NCBI GenBank assembly: GCA_966252435.1
Contig: CBINPE010000033.1
Coordinates: 1 to 38,547 of the forward strand
DNA length: 38,547 nt
Reading direction: 5' to 3'
From: an uncultured Burkholderiales bacterium
GTDB taxonomy: Bacteria; Pseudomonadota; Gammaproteobacteria; Burkholderiales; Burkholderiaceae_C
Shown: in pieces, positions 32,668-38,547 of the stretch
Numbering within the stretch: the first letter of the stretch is position 1
Layout of the letters: each line of letters opens with the position of its first letter
Notes under the pieces: model-generated
The model's database searches: none
What the model saw: only the letters and a program-made list of their open reading frames with translations
Told to the model about the DNA's origin: nothing
Program-made: the position numbers and the translations under genes

Positions 32668-33039
32668 ATGACGACCAACGAAGACATCCGAATTGTTGTG
32701 GTGGACGACGATGTCGACGCCGCCGAGGTCCTGAAAGACCTGCTCGAGCTGGACGGCTACAGGGTCTGGGTGGCGCACGACGCCCTGCAGGCCCTGACAC
32801 TCGTCGCCCAGCACCAGCCGGACGGTGTGCTGCTGGACCTGGGCCTGCCGGACATGGATGGCCTGGAGGTGGCGCGGCGCCTGCGTGCCCAGGAGGGCGC
32901 CAAGCTCGTGCTGGTGGCCGTCACCGGACGCGGCAGCGAGGAGGACCGCATGGCGGCCGATGCCGCCGGCATCGACTACGTGCTGGTCAAGCCCCTCGAC
33001 ACCCAGCTGCTGGCACGCATCTTCCCGCCGGTGGGATGA
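32668..33039 (+). CDS. Single-domain response regulator (CheY-like receiver)
   Basis: IRIVVVDDDVDAAEVL…GVLLDLGLPDMDGLEV…LVAVTGRGSEED…VLVKP: canonical receiver-domain motifs. 123 aa. Confidence 0.9.
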   Translation: MTTNEDIRIVVVDDDVDAAEVLKDLLELDGYRVWVAHDALQALTLVAQHQPDGVLLDLGLPDMDGLEVARRLRAQEGAKLVLVAVTGRGSEEDRMAADAAGIDYVLVKPLDTQLLARIFPPVG

Positions 33040-33042
33040 GGC

Positions 33043-33058
33043 GGGGCCGGGGCCCCGC
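33043..33058. terminator. GC palindrome (ggggccggggcccc) between convergent genes; possible bidirectional terminator hairpin
   Basis: Read directly. It lies in the 27-bp gap between the response-regulator stop (33039) and the minus-strand gene end (33067). No clear U-tract. Confidence 0.35.
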
Positions 33059-33066
33059 ACCCACGC

Positions 33067-34254
33067 TCACCAGGCGCTCGAGCGGATCTGCGACTCCCAC
33101 TTTCCCCGCACCACCTTGTAGGCGGCCACGGCGCTGTAGGTCTGCTCGCCCTGCTCGTTCCACTTCATGTAGCCGGTCACCGGCACGTAGCTGTCGATCT
33201 GGCGCAGCGCCTCGGTGATCTTCTGCGGATCGGCCGAATCGACGCGGCGCATGGCCGCCGCCACCTGGTACATGGCGTCGTAGGTGTAGTGGCTGCCGTA
33301 GGCCACCTCCGTGTTGAAGCGGGCCTGGTACTTGCGGATGAAGCCGGTGCCGTTCGGGAAGTCCCGCGCCTCCAGGATCCCGGACGTGGCGAAGATCGGC
33401 ATGGGGTGCGCCTTCTTCAGCATCAGGGGTGATTTGAGGGTGTCACCCCCCAGCACCGGAATGTCCGTCAGGCCAGCGGCTTCCATGACCGGCAGCAGGG
33501 CCTCCACCTGGAAATCGTCCAGGGTCGTGATGAGGGCCTGCACCTGCAGCGCCTTCATGCGGGCCACCACGGCGCTGAAGTCCTTGGACTTGTCGCCGAA
33601 CGTCTGCTGCAGGACCACCTCCTTCTTGGCCGCCTGCAGCTGCGCCACGGCGCCGGCGGCAAGGTCCTTGCCATAGGGGGTTCCGTCGTCCAGCACGGCG
33701 AAGCGCGTGGCGTTGAAGCTCTCGACCGCGAAGCGGCCCATGGCCTTGGCCTGCAGGTTGTCATTGGCCACCAGGCGGAAGGTGGTGGGCAGCCCCAGGG
33801 CGGTGTACTTGGGGTTGGTGGAGATGGCCAGCTGCGGGATGTGGGCCTGCGCATACACCGGCGCGGCCGGAATGCTGACCCCCGAGTTGAGATGGCCGAT
33901 GACCACCGCCACCTTGGCGTCCACCAGTTGGTGGGCCACCTTCACGCCCTGCTCCGGGTTCGAGGCGTCGTCGACGGAGACGACCTCCAGCTTGACCGGC
34001 TTGCCGCGCAAGGTGAAGCCCGCCTGGTTCAGCTCCTCCACCGCCAGTATGACCCCGTTGAGCATGTCCTGCCCGCGTGCGGCGAGCTCCCCCGACAACG
34101 GCTGGGCCACGCCGATCTTGACAACCGCGGGCGCCCCCGGATCGCAAGCTTGCAACAGGCCGGCCAGCGCACAGGCTGACAGGCATGACAGCGCCCGCCG
34201 ACGTGTCAGGGTGGCGGTGTTCAGACCGGGGCGGGAAGAGGCGGTGGTATGCAT
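33067..34254 (-). CDS. ABC transporter substrate-binding protein, branched-chain amino acid (LivK/LivJ) family
   Basis: Start at MHTTASSRPGLNTATLTRRRALSCLSACALAGLLQAC, preceded by GGAG. A Tat-like RRRAL motif followed by a Cys suggests a lipoprotein. The body matches type-I periplasmic binding proteins (…KIGVAQPLSGELAARGQDMLNGVILAVEELN…). Confidence 0.88.
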   Translation of the reverse strand: MHTTASSRPGLNTATLTRRRALSCLSACALAGLLQACDPGAPAVVKIGVAQPLSGELAARGQDMLNGVILAVEELNQAGFTLRGKPVKLEVVSVDDASNPEQGVKVAHQLVDAKVAVVIGHLNSGVSIPAAPVYAQAHIPQLAISTNPKYTALGLPTTFRLVANDNLQAKAMGRFAVESFNATRFAVLDDGTPYGKDLAAGAVAQLQAAKKEVVLQQTFGDKSKDFSAVVARMKALQVQALITTLDDFQVEALLPVMEAAGLTDIPVLGGDTLKSPLMLKKAHPMPIFATSGILEARDFPNGTGFIRKYQARFNTEVAYGSHYTYDAMYQVAAAMRRVDSADPQKITEALRQIDSYVPVTGYMKWNEQGEQTYSAVAAYKVVRGKWESQIRSSAW

Positions 34255-34560
34255 CAGAGACTCCATCGAAGGCCATCGTAGGGGGGGATGAGCGACGTGG
34301 CAGCAGCACAGCCTGCCGGGGGCACCAGATCGGGACTGCGGCGGACGCTTGCTGCGCTTGCCATCCTGGCTGATGCCAGTCGTCGCTGCCACGCAAGCGA
34401 CGCGCCAGCACAGCCATCCGAACCCGGCCGGAACCCACGGGACGGAGCATCGCACGACAAACCACACGCCCGCCACTCCTGTGGCGGGCCCATGCAACAG
34501 GTGCTGCCCTCAGAGATGCCTGTCAATGCGGGTACGCCTTGCCCCTGCCGTAGGGAAATC

Positions 34561-34590
34561 CGCCCCATGGGGGCGGAAACGCGCCCTGCC
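34561..34590 (-). terminator. Hairpin ccgcccc-atg-ggggcgg downstream of the pepP stop; candidate terminator
   Basis: Palindrome read directly at 34561-34577. A modest U-rich run follows on the minus strand. Confidence 0.35.
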
Positions 34591-34606
34591 CGGTTCGCAA
34601 GCGCAC

Positions 34607-36001
34607 TCATTCCCGCATCAGTGCCTCAATGTCCTGCGGCTGGACCGGTACGCCCCGGCTGATCAGCTCGCAGCCCGTGGGGGTGACCACCGCGTCGTCC
34701 TCGATGCGGATGCCGATGTGCCAGAATGCTTCGGGCACCCCTTCAGCCGGACGCACGTACAGGCCGGGCTCCAGCGTCACCACCATGCCCGGCGCCAGGA
34801 CGCGCGAGGGCTTCTTGACCACGGTCCCGCCCATCCCGTCGGGCTGGGCCACGGGCTCCTCGTCGCGTGAGAGGTATTCACCCACATCGTGCACATCGCG
34901 GCCCAGCCAGTGACCGGTGCCGTGCATGTAGAACTGGCGGTAGGCGGCGCTTTCGATCACGGCGTCCACGTCACCCACGACGTCGCGCCGCAGCAGGCCC
35001 AGGTCCAGCATGCCCTGGGACAAGACCCGCACCGCGGCGTGATGGGCATCACGCTGGCGGGCCCCCGGGCGTGTGGCCGCCGCGGCGACGTCCTGGGCAC
35101 GCAGCACCAGTTCGTACAGCGCCCGTTGCGGGGCCGAGAAACGCCCGTCCGCGGGAAAGGTGCGGGTGATGTCGCTGGCATAGCCGTCCAGCTCGCAACC
35201 CGCGTCGATGAGGCACAGCTCGCCAGGCCGCAGGGGCGCGGCACCGGCCGCGTAATGCAGCACGCAGGCATTCGCCCCGGCCGCCACGATGCTCGGGTAG
35301 GCGGGGCTTTGCGAACCTGCGCGGCGGAACTCATGCAGCAGCTCGGCCTCGATCTCGTACTCCGCCACGCTGGCCGCGCCGGCCCGGAAACGCGCCGCGC
35401 AAAAACGCATGGCGCGCAAGTGGGCGTCGGCCGAGATGCGCGCGGCGCGGCGCATCGTGTCGAGCTCCCCGGCATCCTTGACCAGCCGCATCTCCGCCAC
35501 CAGGGCGCCCAGGTCCCGCAGCACGGCGGGACACTCGACGCCCGCCCGGCTGCGAGCTCGGACGTTGTCGAGCCAACCTTGCACCCGGGCCTGCAAGCCA
35601 GCCTGGGCAAAGGGGAACCACACCGCGGGCTGTCCCGCCAGGCACTCCGGCATCAGTTCGTCAATCTGTCCCACGGCATAGGCCTGGTCCACACCCAGGG
35701 CCGCCGGCGCCGCCTGCGGACCGAGCCGCACGCCGTCCCAGATCTCGCGCTCCAGGTTCTTTTCCCGGCACAGCAGGATGCTGCGGCCGTCGGCAAACAG
35801 CACCAGCCAGGCCTGGGGTTCGTCAAACCCGCTGAGGTAGTGGAAGTTGCTGTCGGGGCGATACGGGTAGTGGGTGTCCGCGTTGCGCAGCAGCTCGGGA
35901 GCGGTCGGCAGCACGGCCACACCACCGCCCTGGGCACTCAGCTGGGCGGCGAGCTGGGCACGGCGACGGACGAATGGGGAGTCGGAAGACACGGCGGTCA
36001 T
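34607..36001 (-). CDS. pepP: Xaa-Pro aminopeptidase (M24B family)
   Basis: N-terminal AMP_N-type domain plus C-terminal pita-bread fold with metal ligands (…LIDAGCELDGYASDITRT…, …HGTGHWLGRDVHD…, …VTLEPGLY…). Confidence 0.92.
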   Translation of the reverse strand: MTAVSSDSPFVRRRAQLAAQLSAQGGGVAVLPTAPELLRNADTHYPYRPDSNFHYLSGFDEPQAWLVLFADGRSILLCREKNLEREIWDGVRLGPQAAPAALGVDQAYAVGQIDELMPECLAGQPAVWFPFAQAGLQARVQGWLDNVRARSRAGVECPAVLRDLGALVAEMRLVKDAGELDTMRRAARISADAHLRAMRFCAARFRAGAASVAEYEIEAELLHEFRRAGSQSPAYPSIVAAGANACVLHYAAGAAPLRPGELCLIDAGCELDGYASDITRTFPADGRFSAPQRALYELVLRAQDVAAAATRPGARQRDAHHAAVRVLSQGMLDLGLLRRDVVGDVDAVIESAAYRQFYMHGTGHWLGRDVHDVGEYLSRDEEPVAQPDGMGGTVVKKPSRVLAPGMVVTLEPGLYVRPAEGVPEAFWHIGIRIEDDAVVTPTGCELISRGVPVQPQDIEALMRE

Positions 36002-36147
36002 GAGAAGGCTCTCGTGGAAAAGAAGGACGAAGAAAGCAAGCCCGAAAACGGTGGCATGCCGGGAAGTGTGCCTTCATCTGTCCGGGCTGGGCCGGGGAAC
36101 CTATCTTTTCCTCATGAAAAGAAGCGGGAGGCCACCACGGAAAGACC

Positions 36148-37200
36148 TTACCTGAGGTCACTGCGCCGCTGGCGGGGGTGCGGCAAGGCGTGCCGCACCT
36201 TGAGGGTGGTGGGTTCGGTGATGGCGGTCGGCTGCAGGACACGCTGCTTGTCCTCCCGCTTCTTGATCGCCACGCTGTCGTGGCGCAGGCGGCGCAAGGC
36301 GCGGTACAGGGCCTCGTCCTCGACAGGTGGCTTGCGGCTCGCGCTCGGGGCCGGGCTGGCGGATGCATGGGGGGGCAGCTCCACCACATCCATCACCAGA
36401 GGCGGCGGCACGGTGATGCCGCGCAGCGCGGCGGCGCTGGGTGCGGGGCTGGAGACCGGCGCAGCCGGGGGACGGGCCGGCGAGACCACCACAGGCGTGG
36501 CGGCCGGGCGCTGGATCGCCGGGGAGGGACGGCTGACGTCACGTTGCCGCAGCTCGGGCTTCACGGCCTGCTTCTTGCGCGCCTTCTCAAGGGCCGCCTC
36601 GCGCAGCTGCTGCAGGCGCAGGCGCAGGAAGTTGGCCATGTTCTCGATGGGTTCGCTGCCGCTGAAGGCGTCCGTCTTGGGAAGCAGGAGCTGGCGCTTG
36701 TCGGCCAGGCGCAGGCACAGGCGCGCACTGCGGTTGCGGCGCAGGTGACGCAGCGTGAAGCCCAGTTCGGCGCTTTCCTGCACGGTGACCTCACGGATGT
36801 TGCCGATGGCGACCTGGTGCACCGTGTGACCCAGGCCGCGTTGGAACCACAGACTGTTGCCGCTCACGGCCACGCGCTCCCAGCGCTGCAGATCCAGCGC
36901 CAGGGCAGCCAGCACGCCCAGCACACCGGCCAGCATGAGCCAGGGCGACAGCATCGAACTCCAGACCAGGCCCACGCCCCAGGCCAGGCCGGCACAGGCT
37001 GCCAGGCCCACGACGGGAAGCAGGGTGGGATCGGCCGTTCGGTAGACCGTGCGCTGGTAGGTGCAGGCTTCGGCTTCGCCGGAGGCCAGCGGCGACCAGG
37101 CCCACAAAAGCGCCTTGATGGTGCGACCGAGCAAAGCGTGCGCCATCAGGGCGCCCCCGAGCGCCAAACCCAGCAACATCAATGACTCGAGGGCTTTCAC
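36148..37200 (-). CDS. Hypothetical membrane protein with Pro/Ala-rich C-terminal region
   Basis: About 3 hydrophobic segments in the first 110 aa, then a basic, Pro/Ala-rich low-complexity tail. The start (GTG at 37200 or ATG at 37179) is uncertain. No family recognised. Confidence 0.55.
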   Translation of the reverse strand: MKALESLMLLGLALGGALMAHALLGRTIKALLWAWSPLASGEAEACTYQRTVYRTADPTLLPVVGLAACAGLAWGVGLVWSSMLSPWLMLAGVLGVLAALALDLQRWERVAVSGNSLWFQRGLGHTVHQVAIGNIREVTVQESAELGFTLRHLRRNRSARLCLRLADKRQLLLPKTDAFSGSEPIENMANFLRLRLQQLREAALEKARKKQAVKPELRQRDVSRPSPAIQRPAATPVVVSPARPPAAPVSSPAPSAAALRGITVPPPLVMDVVELPPHASASPAPSASRKPPVEDEALYRALRRLRHDSVAIKKREDKQRVLQPTAITEPTTLKVRHALPHPRQRRSDLR

Positions 37201-37398
37201 CCCAGCACCATACCCAATGCCACCCGGGCTGGAAAGAGGTTCTTCCCATGGAGAAAGCGACTTCCGGCACGCACCCCTCGAAACAGGGGGATGGCCGGCC
37301 TGGCGGTCATGCGCCCCCCGCCCGGTGCATCGGCCATGGATGCCAATTTATTCATGCCCCGGCGAGCGGAGGCGGGGCAAAAATCTTTGAGATTCCGC

Positions 37399-37427
37399 TT
37401 GACGGTGACGTAAAGAGTCTTTACAGT
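37399..37427 (+). promoter_or_regulatory. Sigma-70-like promoter (TTGACG, 17-bp spacer, TACAGT)
   Basis: Read directly: TTGACG at 37399-37404, TACAGT at 37422-37427. The predicted transcription start is near 37434. Confidence 0.45.
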
Positions 37428-37433
37428 TCAATC

Positions 37434-37768
37434 CACTCGCAGCGGCAGACGCTGCACACCTTCAAGGTCCCTCCTCGCCACCCTTCACTCAGAGCCCATC
37501 GTGAAATCCTTTGCCTCCTTCGCCAACCCCACGCTGCCCGTGCAGGCCGCGTGCGTGTTCGTGTTCGGCAAGGCCGCCGTGGCGCTGGATAACGCCGCGA
37601 CGAACAAGCCGAATTTTTCCCAGAGTCAACAACCCGCTTACTGGTCCGCCAACGATCAGGAGCCGCCGGGCCGGGGAGGATGCGCATGAAGCGCTGACCT
37701 CCCACTCGATCACGTCGAGGCCCGGATTCCGCCAGGATCCGGGCCTTTTTCTTTCCTTCTTCCTTTCC
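37434..37768 (+). other. Compact orphan transcription unit (promoter to terminator, about 335 nt). It contains a GTG-initiated 62-codon ORF (37501-37689) with no Shine-Dalgarno. It could be a small RNA or a small-protein gene.
   Basis: It lies between the promoter at 37399-37427 and the terminator at 37719-37768. The ORF MKSFASFANPTLPVQAACVFVFGKAAVALDNAATNKPNFSQSQQPAYWSANDQEPPGRGGCA has no recognisable family. Confidence 0.3.
37719..37768 (+). terminator. Strong Rho-independent terminator (stem ggcccggat/atccgggcc, then tttttctttccttcttcctttcc)
   Basis: Read directly. The stem and immediate flanks (tcgaggcccggat…atccgggccttttt) match the minus-strand terminator at 19955-19984. Confidence 0.75.
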
Positions 37769-38069
37769 ATGCCGGTCGATTCACGGTCATGGTCCCAGCG
37801 TCATGAAGACGCATCGCTCTTTAACAATTCGCCGCGAACACGCCTGCACAACTGGGTTCAGTGCGTGTTCGCCCAACCAACCATGGACATCTCATTGCGG
37901 GTGTGTTCCAGCCCAGCGGCCGGACACGTGTCCCACGCAGCGCAGGGACGGCCGCAATGGGCGGCGCAGGGACGCCTGCGCCGCCCAGCGAGAGCGCTTT
38001 GCAGCGGAACACCGCACTCGCGCTGGAGCACACCCGCAATGAGATTCTTGATGTTTTTGTAAGGGCCAG

Positions 38070-38146
38070 GCCCGCGTAGCTCAGCAGGCAGAGCAGCCGC
38101 CTTGTAAGCGGCAGGTCGCGCGTTCGAGACGTCGCCGCGGGCGCCA
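38070..38146 (+). tRNA. tRNA-Thr (anticodon TGT) with an imperfect T-stem, CCA encoded
   Basis: GCCCGCGTAGCTCAGCAGGCAGAGCAGCCGCCTTGTAAGCGGCAGGTCGCGCGTTCGAGACGTCGCCGCGGGCGCCA. The acceptor, D- and anticodon arms are perfect. The T-arm pairs only 3 bp and has one extra nucleotide before the acceptor strand. Confidence 0.6.
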
Positions 38147-38243
38147 CCCACCAACACCAAGCCTCTGCGGAGCGAAAGCTCGAGAGGCGTAAATCGGCCG
38201 CAACGATTGGGCGGCACCGGAACCCGTCACCGGAACCATCCCT

Positions 38244-38321
38244 GGGGGTGTAGCTCAATTTGGGTAGAGCGGCCGCCTTGCAAGCGGCAGGTCGCAGGTT
38301 CGATCCCTGTCGCCTCCACCA
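38244..38321 (+). tRNA. tRNA-Ala (anticodon TGC), CCA encoded
   Basis: GGGGGTGTAGCTCAATTTGGGTAGAGCGGCCGCCTTGCAAGCGGCAGGTCGCAGGTTCGATCCCTGTCGCCTCCACCA. The Ala identity pair G3•U70 is present. Confidence 0.85.
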
Positions 38322-38326
38322 CACAT

Positions 38327-38402
38327 GCTCCGTTAACTCAGTGGCCAGAGTGCCGACCTGTCTCGTCGGAAGCCGCGGGTTCGAATCCCGCACGGGGCGC
38401 CA
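38327..38402 (+). tRNA. tRNA-Asp (anticodon GTC), CCA encoded
   Basis: GCTCCGTTAACTCAGTGGCCAGAGTGCCGACCTGTCTCGTCGGAAGCCGCGGGTTCGAATCCCGCACGGGGCGCCA. Discriminator G73. Confidence 0.88.
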
Positions 38403-38408
38403 GTCCAA

Positions 38409-38484
38409 GCCGTGATAGCTCAACCGGTAGAGCGCCAATCTGAAGAGTCGGGCGTTGGAGGTTCGAACCCTCCTCACGGAGCCA
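38409..38484 (+). tRNA. tRNA-Phe(GAA)-like, CCA encoded, with G1•A72 and A29•C41 mismatches
   Basis: GCCGTGATAGCTCAACCGGTAGAGCGCCAATCTGAAGAGTCGGGCGTTGGAGGTTCGAACCCTCCTCACGGAGCCA. Good D- and T-arms. The anticodon loop is CTGAAGA. Two stem mismatches lower confidence; it could be a pseudo-tRNA. Confidence 0.5.
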
Positions 38485-38547
38485 GTCCACGGAGACCTTA
38501 GCCGAGAGAGGACTAGCGGCAGCGGTCTTGAAAACCGAAGGCCCAGC

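Noticed and set aside
34255-34606. ORFs 34254-34610 (-) and 34288-34662 (+) in the livK-pepP intergenic region. Also considered whether the region holds a riboswitch.
   Set aside because: Compositionally non-coding, overlapping each other and the pepP terminator hairpin. I cannot recognise any riboswitch consensus by eye. Left as promoter/leader of the binding-protein gene plus the pepP terminator.
37511-38062. 183-aa ORF running from the small transcription unit through its terminator into the tRNA leader
   Set aside because: It reads across a strong intrinsic terminator and inverted repeats. It has Pro/Arg/Ser-rich composition and no ribosome-binding site.

Overview
This is a high-GC (about 68-70%) proteobacterial chromosomal segment. 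Protein families and codon usage point to Betaproteobacteria/Burkholderiales, possibly Leptothrix/Rubrivivax/Methylibium-like; that placement is inference.

The left third is housekeeping. It holds ahcY, a TlyA-like methyltransferase, metF, two 5-formyl-THF cyclo-ligase paralogs, a GlcD-like FAD oxidase, slt, a GST, cca, a DJ-1/PfpI gene, two LysR regulators and an SPFH protein.

The middle (17.7-20.4 kb) is a mostly non-coding, tRNA-rich zone on the minus strand. It carries seven tRNAs, one of which is a Gly(GCC)-like tRNA with an atypical anticodon loop. It also holds an HNH endonuclease gene flanked by two abutting tRNA-like fragments and a strong intrinsic terminator.

The right half holds:
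- TRAP permeases DctQM with no binding-protein gene adjacent.
- A YiiG-like lipoprotein and a roughly 960-aa secreted lipoprotein.
- Four co-directional genes: an ANT-like nucleotidyltransferase, a TIGR04222-like membrane protein ending in a Gly/Ser/Cys tail, a DUF692 (MNIO) enzyme and a DUF2063 partner. A hybrid histidine kinase and a CheY-like regulator follow.
- A LivK-type binding protein, pepP, a membrane protein, a small promoter-to-terminator transcription unit, and a plus-strand tRNA cluster (Thr-Ala-Asp-Phe-like).

The most interesting candidate is the membrane-protein / MNIO / DUF2063 trio. The only Cys-rich substrate-like sequence nearby is the C-terminal tail of the membrane protein itself, which suggests a membrane-tethered, RiPP-like Cys-modification system.

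No CRISPR arrays, rRNA, transposases or integrases were seen.
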